NCBI GenBank assembly: GCA_000433035.1
Contig: FR890815.1
Coordinates: 85,800-149,799 of the forward strand
DNA length: 64,000 nucleotides
Direction: 5' to 3'
Origin: Staphylococcus sp. CAG:324
GTDB lineage: Bacteria; Bacillota_I; Bacilli_A; ML615J-28; CAG-313
Under the pieces are notes generated by a model that was given only the letters and a program-made list of their open reading frames with translations, did not search any database and had not been told where the DNA came from. Position numbers and translations under genes: made by a program. Shown here one piece after another: positions 9,909-19,910 of this stretch. The number at the start of each line of letters is the position of its first letter. Positions within the stretch are counted from its first letter, which is position 1.

Positions 9909-9950
9909 GTAGGGTGTTTGCTGTAGAATAGCAACCCTACAACTCTTTGA
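9909..9950 (+). terminator. hairpin downstream of csp (weak T-tail)
   Basis: TTGTAGGGT...ACCCTACAA 9-bp stem, then CTCTTT. Confidence 0.35.
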
Positions 9951-10003
9951 CCAAATGGGAATAGATGAACTAAAAAAGTATTATAAAAACATATACAAAA
10001 TTT

Positions 10004-10034
10004 TGTTTACATTTGTAAACAGGGATTGTATAAA
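10004..10034 (+). promoter_or_regulatory. putative promoter with overlapping perfect palindrome TGTTTACA-tt-TGTAAACA
   Basis: 8-bp inverted repeat with 2-nt spacer (10004-10021) overlapping a TTTACA -35. 17-nt spacer, then TATAAA (10029-10034). Confidence 0.35.
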
Positions 10035-10117
10035 GTAGATTTCAAAGTTTACTTTCGATTTAAAAACCTCTTGCGATTGAGGATAGGTAAACTAAATTTT
10101 AAAATACATCTTAAATG

Positions 10118-10160
10118 CTCCTATGCCGAGTAGTTTTTGGACATAGGAGTTTTATTTTTT
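10118..10160 (+). terminator. rho-independent terminator (ends a ~120-nt ORF-less unit)
   Basis: CTCCTATG ... CATAGGAG stem followed by TTTTATTTTTT. Confidence 0.7.
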
Positions 10161-10256
10161 ACATTTGCAACCATACTACCTTTTCTTTCTATTTTATCTT
10201 TCTTTTTATTTTAGGTTTATAAAATATGATGTAAGATCGGTGGTTTCACTATAAAA

Positions 10257-10303
10257 AAGAATAGTTAAATATAAATCTATCTAACTATTCTTTTTTATTT
10301 TTT
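10257..10303. terminator. bidirectional hairpin terminator
   Basis: AAGAATAGTTA ... TAACTATTCTT with A-run before and T-run after. Confidence 0.6.
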
Positions 10304-10434
10304 CTAAAATAATGATTTTCTTACATAAAAAACAAAGATATTGTAATGAATGGACCTTTTTAACATTTTCTTACATAAACAAAGAAACCTTTTATAAGTA
10401 TTTCATAAATAAATAAAAAAAGTTAAAGAATACA

Positions 10435-10463
10435 TTGACAAAAAATGGTAATTTAGATATAAT
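10435..10463 (+). promoter_or_regulatory. consensus sigma-A promoter for the 10621 gene
   Basis: TTGACA, 17 nt, TATAAT (perfect consensus). About 150-nt leader to RBS AAAGGAGGAG. Confidence 0.6.
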
Positions 10464-10620
10464 TAAATTGAGTTCGGGGGAGCAAGAATATATAGGGCGA
10501 AAAACAGTATAAGAAAAAATATTGAATATCAATAAGCAAAAAACAAGTTCTTATTTATTCTGTATTTTTCCTCTTAACTCATAAAGATACACTAATATCA
10601 TATGAAAAGGAGGAGAAAAT

Positions 10621-11874
10621 ATGAAGAGTGTTAAGAAATTCTTTTTTGCTTTTTTTGCTTTGTTAATGAGTTTTGGTTTATTTAGTGCATTAACAAACGC
10701 AAAAGCTGATGTTGTCGTACAAGTTACACCATGGACATTGTCATTTGATAATGGTGATGTGTTCAATGTGATGGAGGATGATAATTCTCTTTCTGTTGTC
10801 GCGAATGCTTTTTCAGTTACCTATTTGGATACAACTGGAAATACAACTGGTGGATATTTTGATGTTTTTCGCGAATCATTACATATGGAAGGAATTGATC
10901 CATATGTAACAGATCAATATATCCAAAATGGACAAACGCTCACCTTTAATTTAGGTGGTCCAATCACACTTAGATTTCATTCGGCTGACCCAACTGGTGA
11001 GTACAAATGGTTTGAATTATACTTGTATCGTTCCATTATTGATACAAATCGAATTGTAACAAATTTAAATCCAGGTCAGTATTATTATAATCACTCTATT
11101 CGTTTTGGTGATTATGATAGAGTTCGTTATGGTGATCCTAATTTAATTTTCGAGATTTATAATTTAACTACAAATGAATTAAATACCATATATGGAAGTC
11201 AGTTTATGATTAATTTTTATATTGAAAAAGAAGGAGAATATGAGGTAACCGTTACAGATTTAAGAAAAGATGAAAGTAGAGTATATCGATTTGCGATTGA
11301 TCAGACAGCACCTGTCATTCAATTAGTAGAATGGGATTATATGGTTGAAACTCCTGTTCTTTCGGGTACTATTACAAGTGCAGGGATGAAGGTTGTTTAT
11401 GGAGATAATATTAAGGTTAATTCTATGACTTATCAATATAAACCATTTACATCAAGTCTTGTTGAAACAGGGACTGTTGACAATAATTTTATCTTTTGGC
11501 GAAAAGGTGAGTATGTAATAACCGTAACCGATATGATAGGGAATGTAACAACTCAAACATTTCAACTTACCGATTTTGATGTTGTAGCAGATCCAGATGG
11601 AGCTCAAACTTTAGGTACAGAAGTTACACAAAATGGGGGAGCAAAAGGGGGAACAATTCTTCACGTCGGCTATACTAGATGTTTATATTTAGGAGGTAAT
11701 GCTTCAAGCCAATCAAGATTAGACTATACTTTCACATCTAGTAATCCATCTATTGCAACGGTTAGTGAATATGGTACAGTTACAGGTTTGTCAGCTGGAA
11801 CAGTTGAAATTACTTGTGTTTTAAAGAGTAATCCTAGTAAGGTTTCTAAAATTGTTCTAACTGTATTACCATAG
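10621..11874 (+). CDS. secreted protein with C-terminal Big_2-like domain (paralog A)
   Basis: 417 aa. Signal peptide MKSVKKFFFAFFALLMSFGLFSALTNAKA. C-terminal SNPSIATVSEYGTVTGLSAGTVEITCV (Big_2-like). Confidence 0.7.
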   Translation: MKSVKKFFFAFFALLMSFGLFSALTNAKADVVVQVTPWTLSFDNGDVFNVMEDDNSLSVVANAFSVTYLDTTGNTTGGYFDVFRESLHMEGIDPYVTDQYIQNGQTLTFNLGGPITLRFHSADPTGEYKWFELYLYRSIIDTNRIVTNLNPGQYYYNHSIRFGDYDRVRYGDPNLIFEIYNLTTNELNTIYGSQFMINFYIEKEGEYEVTVTDLRKDESRVYRFAIDQTAPVIQLVEWDYMVETPVLSGTITSAGMKVVYGDNIKVNSMTYQYKPFTSSLVETGTVDNNFIFWRKGEYVITVTDMIGNVTTQTFQLTDFDVVADPDGAQTLGTEVTQNGGAKGGTILHVGYTRCLYLGGNASSQSRLDYTFTSSNPSIATVSEYGTVTGLSAGTVEITCVLKSNPSKVSKIVLTVLP

Positions 11875-11900
11875 AATTATATGAATAAAGGAGAAAAAAT

Positions 11901-13151
11901 ATGAAAAAAATATTTAAAATTTTTACAATGTTTTTTGCATTACTAGTTGGCTTTGGTTTAATGAATATCGTATCAAAGGTTAAAGCAAGTAGTGATGTAG
12001 TGACTACTCCGTGGACCTTATCTTTTGATAATGGACAGGTTGTAAATATAGTTGAAGATCAAAGTCCTATTTCAGTTGTTGCTAATGGTTTTTCGGTTAC
12101 ATATAATGATTTAACAGGAAAAACCAGTGGTGGATATTTTGATATTTGGGTTGAGTGTCCTGGTGTGATACCTTATGAACCAAGAATTGAAAATCAATAT
12201 ATTGCTAATGGAGAAACATTAACGTATCAAATGGGAGGAAATTTAGACTTTGTATATTATTCTTATAATGAAGAAATGCAATATATGGATAGAATATGGG
12301 TACCTTTTTTTGTAGATCGTTCTATTGTTTCATCTAATCGTATATATACAAGTTTGACAGCTGGAAAATACTATTATAGTGAAACCGTTTCTTTTTCTGA
12401 TTTAGATTATGGAAGAGATCCGGATTTAGATTTGGTTATTGAGGGGAGAAATTTAACAACGGGCGAATATTTAGAAAGTAATTATGGTTATATGCATATA
12501 AGTGATGAAGGTGAGTATGAAGTAACCATTCGCGATAACCGAAAAAATCATACAAAAACATATCGATTTGCCATTGATAAAACAGCACCAATGATATATT
12601 TAGTAGAATGGGATTATTTTGTTGAAACCCCTATGCTAGAAGGATCAATTACAAATGCTGGTATGAAAGTGATTTATGGTGATAATATTAAAGTCAATCA
12701 AATGACTTATCAATATAAACCTTTCAATTCAAATAAAGTTGAAACGGGAAGTGTGGAAAATAATTTTATCTTTTGGCGAAAAGGTGAATATGTGATTACT
12801 GTTGTTGATATGGTAGGCAAGAGTGTGTCAACAACCTTTACAATATCAGAATTTGATATTGTTGCAGATCCAGATGGAGCCCAAACTTTAGGTACAGAAG
12901 TTACACAAAATGGAGGAGCAAAAGGGGGAACAACCCTTCATGTTGGCTATACGAGATGCTTATATTTAGGTGGGGATGCTCCAAGTCAATCTAGACTAGA
13001 TTACACATTCACATCTAGTAACCCATCAATTGCAACGGTTAGTAATTATGGAACTGTTATGGCTAAAGGGGCAGGAACAGTTGTAATTACTTGTGTTTTA
13101 AAGAGTAATCCTAGTAAAGTTTCTAAGATTATTTTAACAATATTACCATAG
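11901..13151 (+). CDS. secreted protein with C-terminal Big_2-like domain (paralog B)
   Basis: 416 aa. Signal peptide present. C-terminal ~100 aa near-identical to paralog A. N-terminal half diverged. Confidence 0.7.
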   Translation: MKKIFKIFTMFFALLVGFGLMNIVSKVKASSDVVTTPWTLSFDNGQVVNIVEDQSPISVVANGFSVTYNDLTGKTSGGYFDIWVECPGVIPYEPRIENQYIANGETLTYQMGGNLDFVYYSYNEEMQYMDRIWVPFFVDRSIVSSNRIYTSLTAGKYYYSETVSFSDLDYGRDPDLDLVIEGRNLTTGEYLESNYGYMHISDEGEYEVTIRDNRKNHTKTYRFAIDKTAPMIYLVEWDYFVETPMLEGSITNAGMKVIYGDNIKVNQMTYQYKPFNSNKVETGSVENNFIFWRKGEYVITVVDMVGKSVSTTFTISEFDIVADPDGAQTLGTEVTQNGGAKGGTTLHVGYTRCLYLGGDAPSQSRLDYTFTSSNPSIATVSNYGTVMAKGAGTVVITCVLKSNPSKVSKIILTILP

Positions 13152-13165
13152 ATTTAAAATAGAAA

Positions 13166-13210
13166 AGTATGAACGATTTGTATGAATAGCAATTTGTTCA
13201 TACTTTTTTA
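13166..13210 (+). terminator. rho-independent terminator
   Basis: AGTATGAAC...GTTCATACT + TTTTTT. Confidence 0.7.
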
Positions 13211-13211
13211 A

Positions 13212-14453
<1,242 letters not shown>

Positions 14454-14454
14454 A

Positions 14455-15354
14455 ATGAAAAAAATATTGTCAATACTATCAATATTTACTTTGACATTGG
14501 TTATGAGCAGTTGTTCACTTCTAAAAAATAAGTATGTTACAATGACAAATGGAGTTGATATCACGATTCCAAATGAGTATAAAGAACATATGCTTTTACC
14601 AAATCATATACCTAGTATGCATTTTGATTTAGAAAATGTTCGAATTTCAACTGATTCGACAAATGCTTTGGTTAAGTTTGTTCAAAATGATCCGTATGTC
14701 TTAAGCGATGCTATGGCCAACCATTTAGCAAGATATTCCAATGATCAAATCATCGAAACAAGAAGGGTCGAACGAGAAGAAAAAAAAGGTGCGAAATTAG
14801 GAAAGGATTATTTACCAATTGATGAGGGAACTCAATCCTTAGAAAAGATTATCATTGCAACACAGGACGATGGAACAAGAGTTTCCTATTCTTTTAGAAC
14901 TTTTCAAAGTAATGGAAAAATTTATTATGCATATTCATATACTGAAAATATGTCCATAGCACTTGAAATGCCTTTAATGGTAGTAAAAGAAGAGAATATG
15001 AAAAAATTGGTATTGTTACCAATACCATATAATACGAAATATATTGTGGGTGGTTATAATATTGAGTTAGATAGTCTTTTAAAAAAGGATCAGTATTTAG
15101 ATACAACAAAAGAAAATTATTATATTTTTAATTATCCGACATATTTAAAAGCGATAAATACAGATTCAAGTTATTTAATAAATGAAGTTAAAAATTGGTA
15201 TATCAAACATTGTAATGGTCATTTTGAAGAGAATCAATTTATTATTGAATATTTAGGTGTTAAATTTTGGATTGATTTTGATCAAGAAAAATTCAATAAT
15301 GATACAGAAAAAATAGAACCTGCATTTCAAATTAAATATATCGGTATCGCATAA
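14455..15354 (+). CDS. lipoprotein, function unknown
   Basis: MKKILSILSIFTLTLVMSSCS lipobox. Start re-set to the ATG at 14455. Confidence 0.65.
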   Translation: MKKILSILSIFTLTLVMSSCSLLKNKYVTMTNGVDITIPNEYKEHMLLPNHIPSMHFDLENVRISTDSTNALVKFVQNDPYVLSDAMANHLARYSNDQIIETRRVEREEKKGAKLGKDYLPIDEGTQSLEKIIIATQDDGTRVSYSFRTFQSNGKIYYAYSYTENMSIALEMPLMVVKEENMKKLVLLPIPYNTKYIVGGYNIELDSLLKKDQYLDTTKENYYIFNYPTYLKAINTDSSYLINEVKNWYIKHCNGHFEENQFIIEYLGVKFWIDFDQEKFNNDTEKIEPAFQIKYIGIA

Positions 15355-15357
15355 AAC

Positions 15358-15397
15358 AAAAAACCTTGTAAACAATTTACAAGGTTTTTATTTTTTT
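15358..15397 (+). terminator. rho-independent terminator
   Basis: AAAACCTTGTAAA...TTTACAAGGTTTT + T-run. Confidence 0.75.
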
Positions 15398-15484
15398 AAA
15401 ATAAAAAGGTTAAAAAAATGAATATTTAAGAACTCATCTTCATATTTTTATATGATAAGAAAAATTCAATAATTTTAATTAAAA

Positions 15485-15550
15485 AATATTGTATAATTTA
15501 AAAGATTTTAAATCTATACCTTTATGATAAAGGTTAAATTATACAATATT
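15485..15550. repeat. 66-bp nested perfect palindrome in the sipW-locus upstream region
   Basis: Outer arms AATATTGTATAATTTAA (15485-15501) / TTAAATTATACAATATT (15534-15550). Inner palindrome CCTTTATgATAAAGG (15519-15533). Each arm carries a TGTATAAT -10-like element. Confidence 0.6.
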
Positions 15551-15745
15551 TTACCATTTTTTTCCAATAAAGTCAATAATTTAGTTAAAATAGATGAATT
15601 TTAATATAAATTTAATGTTTTAATGATACATTTAAAAATTCGTAAAGGTATACCTTTAAAGACGTTTTATAGTATAATTAAAAAATTAAATTATCTTATT
15701 TATAATAAATAATAAAGTTTTTTAATCAAACGGGAAGGAAGAAAG

Positions 15746-16438
15746 ATGTCTGAAAAAATACAAAGTCAATTAAAGCAAAATATAACTAAATTTGGAGTGT
15801 TAAATATAATTGGGGTTATATTATTGGTTATATTTTTACCATTGGTTATTTTAAATTTGATATTCATTATTCAAGGATGGATTCATCCAGACAAGGTACC
15901 AATGATTTTTGATACTGCCCCATTAATTGTTGTATCAGATTCAATGACAATTGAAAAAGATGAAAGTGGAAATATCATTAGTGGAGCTTTTAATAAAAAC
16001 GATTTAATTTTTATTAAAAAAGTAGATCCTACTACTTTAAAAGAAGGAGATATTATTACCTATGTTGCAAAGGATGGTTCAATTGTAACCCATAGAATTT
16101 TTTTGAAGGGAACCACAGAAGATAAAAATGCTTCTGCTTTTGTAATGAAAGGGGATTATAATACTTCAATTGATCAAGATCCCATTTCTTATAACCAAGT
16201 TGTGGGTCTTTATAAAGGAAGAATTGCGGGAATTGGTGGGGTGGCTAATTTTCTTCAATCACCAATTGGTGTCATTGTTGTTTTAGGATTGCCATTGGCC
16301 TGCATTTTAATTATTGATTTAATTAAAAAGAAAAAAGAAAATCAACTTGCTAATTCAAAAAACGCCGAATTAGAAACTGAACTAGCACAATTGAAAGCAG
16401 AAAAGGCGCAAAAGGGATGGAAAGATTCATCTCGTTAA
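15746..16438 (+). CDS. sipW: SipW-type (eukaryote/archaeal-like, S26B) signal peptidase I with C-terminal coiled-coil extension
   Basis: TM, then VVSDSMTIEK (SGSMEP-like Ser box), VTHRI (His box), MKGDYNTS, C-terminal TM, then ELETELAQLKAEKAQ coiled coil. RBS GGGAAGGAAG. Confidence 0.7.
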   Translation: MSEKIQSQLKQNITKFGVLNIIGVILLVIFLPLVILNLIFIIQGWIHPDKVPMIFDTAPLIVVSDSMTIEKDESGNIISGAFNKNDLIFIKKVDPTTLKEGDIITYVAKDGSIVTHRIFLKGTTEDKNASAFVMKGDYNTSIDQDPISYNQVVGLYKGRIAGIGGVANFLQSPIGVIVVLGLPLACILIIDLIKKKKENQLANSKNAELETELAQLKAEKAQKGWKDSSR

Positions 16439-16510
16439 GTTTTGGTATTCACATGGCCACACATGAAAATACATATATAAATTGATATATTAAATTTAAG
16501 GGAGGAAAAA

Positions 16511-17107
16511 ATGAAAAAAAATAAAATTTTTACATTAGGATTAGTTATTACTTTTGTTTTTGTCGTATCACTAACTTTAGTATCTGGAACATTTGCTAAA
16601 TATACATCGACAGTAACTGGTAATGACAGTGCAAGCGTTGCTAAATGGGCTTTTCAATATGGAACAAGCGAAGGAACGTTATCAGATGTTGATTTATCAT
16701 CAACTAAAACAATTGCATTCAATTTATTTGATACTATTTTAGACACAGATGGAGATCCAGAAACTGATGTAGCAGCAAATAAAATTGCTCCAGGAACAAA
16801 GGGTAGTTTTCAATTTGTAGTCAAAAATACTTCTGAGGTTAATGCAACCTTTGACTTAACACTAGAAGTAGTAGGTGCACAAGTACCATTTGAATATACA
16901 ATTCAAGTAGATGAAGGAAGTGCTAGCGAAGCATCTACTACCGTACCTAGTTTAACTACTCAAGCGATTGATATGAATACTTCTGTAACTGTTACAATCA
17001 CTTGGGAATGGCCATTTGATGGTAACGATACGGCTGATACAACTTTAGGATTAGCAGCATCTACTGTAGAGGTTAATGCAACAATTGTATTTGTTCAAGT
17101 TGACTAG
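16511..17107 (+). CDS. small secreted TasA/camelysin-like protein with SipW-cognate-type signal peptide
   Basis: MKKNKIFTLGLVITFVFVVSLTLVSGTFAKYTST (compare TasA ..GGGTWAAFND). T/S/V-rich beta-type sequence. C-terminal VTITWEWPFDGNDTADTTLG..NATIVFV motif shared with neighbouring genes. Confidence 0.55.
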   Translation: MKKNKIFTLGLVITFVFVVSLTLVSGTFAKYTSTVTGNDSASVAKWAFQYGTSEGTLSDVDLSSTKTIAFNLFDTILDTDGDPETDVAANKIAPGTKGSFQFVVKNTSEVNATFDLTLEVVGAQVPFEYTIQVDEGSASEASTTVPSLTTQAIDMNTSVTVTITWEWPFDGNDTADTTLGLAASTVEVNATIVFVQVD

Positions 17108-17290
17108 TATTTCAGTGTTATACATTTAAAGCCACAAGTATATATAAGCGCATAGATAGATTGTGGCCTATCAAAGCGCTTATATTTATGGCGTTAAACA
17201 GGATGGATGAAAAGATATATTTTTACTAAAGTATAGTTTCAAAAGGCAAAATGTATTTTATTAAAAATATAGTATAAGGAGGGAAGAACG

Positions 17291-18139
17291 ATGAAGAAAA
17301 AATATAAAAGTGCCCAGCGCTTATTAGGTTATCATGTATATTTCAACACAATCAGAGATTCTAATGGCCAAATAGTTGCCAAAATCAAAAGACATCAAAT
17401 TGTTTCCCATGATGATTTATTTTTTAAATCCGTTCTTAGTTCTAATACAATAATTGATGTAACTGCTAAGGAATTAAAGAATAGGAAGATCAAATATACC
17501 CTTTATAATGAACAAACTAAAGAAATATTTGCTAAGGCCGATCGTTTTTTTAACATCTATACCCTTGAAAATAATTATTTAGGTTCTTTTTTTAATTCAA
17601 CAAAGTCAATTCTCTTTATTATAAGATGTACTATTTTTGCTATTTTAGCACTTTTTATTAGTTTTGTTAGCCTACAAACGACTGGCAATCCAACAAGACC
17701 TAAAGAAATTGTGATTAGTGAAAGAGATGGGGACATTATTTTAGATGAATGGAATATTTTCGGTAGCCAAATAGGGGATAAAATTTTATATCCGGGAAAA
17801 ATGGGTGAATATTATTTTAGTATTACCAATCCTAATTCCAAAGATATTATACTATCAATCGAATTTACTGAAGATAATAAAGATACACTTCCTATTGTAT
17901 ACCGGTTGGTTTGTAAGAATGAATATCTTTGTGGTGAAACAAACAATTGGATTGATATTGATGAATTGTATGCTAATGAAATTTTAATTCAATCTAATCA
18001 AACCATACAATTTAGACTAGATTGGAATTGGCAAGATGTGGATAATGATGAATTTGAGACAGAATTAGGAATAGATAATAATGCAACCTATACCCTCTTT
18101 GTGGCCATTACTTCAATACTTATTTATCCAAATCATTAA
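17291..18139 (+). CDS. membrane-anchored protein with C-terminal TasA-like domain (TapA-like anchor/accessory candidate)
   Basis: Strong RBS AAGGAGGG. ~105-aa cytoplasmic N-term, one TM, then an extracytoplasmic domain. It ends IQFRLDWNWQDVDNDEFETELG..NATYTLFV, which aligns with the C-terminus of the 16511 gene. Confidence 0.5.
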   Translation: MKKKYKSAQRLLGYHVYFNTIRDSNGQIVAKIKRHQIVSHDDLFFKSVLSSNTIIDVTAKELKNRKIKYTLYNEQTKEIFAKADRFFNIYTLENNYLGSFFNSTKSILFIIRCTIFAILALFISFVSLQTTGNPTRPKEIVISERDGDIILDEWNIFGSQIGDKILYPGKMGEYYFSITNPNSKDIILSIEFTEDNKDTLPIVYRLVCKNEYLCGETNNWIDIDELYANEILIQSNQTIQFRLDWNWQDVDNDEFETELGIDNNATYTLFVAITSILIYPNH

Positions 18140-18165
18140 AAGAATTTGTAAGAAAGGAGCTACTA

Positions 18166-19347
18166 ATGGATAAAAAGACAACAAAAAATAAAATATGTAT
18201 TTTACTTGGCTTGCTGATATTGGCAACTGGTCTTGCCATTAGTGGTAAGATAGGTAGATCAACTACATTTGCTAAATATAAAACCATTATTGATTCAAAT
18301 TCTAGTACCTCAACTATTGCTAGGTGGGATATTCGAACGATAAAAAAAGATAAAACTGAAGTGAGTATGCTTGGTGAGGGGTTTAAATTATCACAAGCAG
18401 GTGAGAATGGCAATTGGTTTTTTACGATTTATAATTTATCAGATGTAAAAGCACAAATTGCAAAGGGATCTAAAATTCGTTTACGCCTTGATAGTGACAA
18501 TTTTATCAATAAACAAAATTTAACATGGAATTTTTTATCAGGAAATAACCCCATTACTTTTTCAATCTATTTATATCATTGTGATATTGCCCAAATTGTA
18601 AGTTATCAAAAACTAGATTCTTCTGAAATCATTTCGTTAGATGAATATTGCAATTTGACTTTAGAAGAACAAGCGAATTATCAAGAAAGAATTGATGAAA
18701 GTATAGATAAAACGTTGTTACTTCAAACCTCAGAAGAATTGATATTGAATAAAGCCATTGAGGAAAAAGATAATGGGAGTATTACTTATTTTTATGCTGA
18801 AAAGGACTTGAGTAGTTTAGCTCAAGAACTCATTGCTTTGGATATGGAAGGATACAAAACCTTTAGAGTGAATTGGAGTGTATCAGAAAGTAGTGCTGAT
18901 GTGGATGGAATTCAAGCAAAATATCAAGCTTATCGACTATCAGATACCAATATAGGCTTTGATGGTTTAGTACAAACATATGAAATTCAAGGCAAAACGT
19001 ATTATCTTGGTTATAATGAATATGATTATTTTGATTATTTAAACTATATATCACAAACGGGTGTAAATGGTGAACCAGCTTTTGTTTTTCCTAATACTAA
19101 TGGTATTGTTGGACAAACGATGAAGGTTGCTTATTCTAATCTTACAACTTCTCAAAAAACGCAAATTGAAAATTATGTGGCAGGAAATACACTAGAAAGT
19201 TTAGAAAAAGTTGTTGAAAGAAATACATATGAAATGTATGAAACATTTTTACACGATAAAATAGATTTTGAAAATAGTTTAGGATATCTTCAATATGGAC
19301 TATATTGTAGTATCATTTTTGATTTAAAAATAGAACAGGTAGACTAG
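18166..19347 (+). CDS. secreted protein with SipW-cognate-type signal peptide
   Basis: ..LLILATGLAISGKIGRSTTFAKYKTI. Internal FRVNWSVSESSADVDG segment resembling the shared motif. RBS AAGGAG. Confidence 0.5.
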   Translation: MDKKTTKNKICILLGLLILATGLAISGKIGRSTTFAKYKTIIDSNSSTSTIARWDIRTIKKDKTEVSMLGEGFKLSQAGENGNWFFTIYNLSDVKAQIAKGSKIRLRLDSDNFINKQNLTWNFLSGNNPITFSIYLYHCDIAQIVSYQKLDSSEIISLDEYCNLTLEEQANYQERIDESIDKTLLLQTSEELILNKAIEEKDNGSITYFYAEKDLSSLAQELIALDMEGYKTFRVNWSVSESSADVDGIQAKYQAYRLSDTNIGFDGLVQTYEIQGKTYYLGYNEYDYFDYLNYISQTGVNGEPAFVFPNTNGIVGQTMKVAYSNLTTSQKTQIENYVAGNTLESLEKVVERNTYEMYETFLHDKIDFENSLGYLQYGLYCSIIFDLKIEQVD

Positions 19348-19351
19348 TCCA

Positions 19352-19879
19352 ATGTTAAAGATAATTTATAAATTCATTTCTTTTTTTCTTGCATTTTTCT
19401 TTGTTATTCTTTTTCTTTTCTTATCAGTGTATTTGATAAAAAGAATAATTGATAAAGATCAACCAACTACTGTTTGGGGCATTGCTTTTTTTGAGGTATC
19501 TACAGGCAGTATGGAACCAGAAATAATGATTGGTGATTTGATCATTACTAAAAAGATAAAAGATGATCAGTATCAAGTAGGCATGATTGTTACATATTTG
19601 CCACCAAATGCTAAAACACCAGTTACCCATCAAATTGTAAAGCGTGATGGTAATATTATTACAACAAGAGGAATAAATGAAGAAACAAACAATATTGATG
19701 ATGAACCTTTTGATGTATCATGTATTATTGGTAAAAAAATAGGAATATGGCACCAATATAATCGATTTGCCAATTTCATTAAATCTCCATTTGGCATTAT
19801 TGTTTTTGTTTTGGGCGGATTTTTAATTATTGAGGGGTATGTATATATTGATAAAAAAATAAAAAAAGTAATCAAGTAA
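19352..19879 (+). CDS. sipW: SipW-type signal peptidase I (second copy)
   Basis: TM, then VSTGSMEPEIMIGDLIITKK (canonical SipW SGSMEP box), VTHQI, TTRGINEE, C-terminal TM. 175 aa, same architecture as B. subtilis SipW. Confidence 0.8.
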   Translation: MLKIIYKFISFFLAFFFVILFLFLSVYLIKRIIDKDQPTTVWGIAFFEVSTGSMEPEIMIGDLIITKKIKDDQYQVGMIVTYLPPNAKTPVTHQIVKRDGNIITTRGINEETNNIDDEPFDVSCIIGKKIGIWHQYNRFANFIKSPFGIIVFVLGGFLIIEGYVYIDKKIKKVIK

Positions 19880-19910
19880 GTAAAGATATACTTTATTTAG
19901 AAAGGAGAAG

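Noticed and set aside
10551-10766. 71-aa minus-strand ORF
   Set aside because: Overlaps the promoter-leader and the signal-peptide coding region of the 10621 gene, so it is an antisense artefact.
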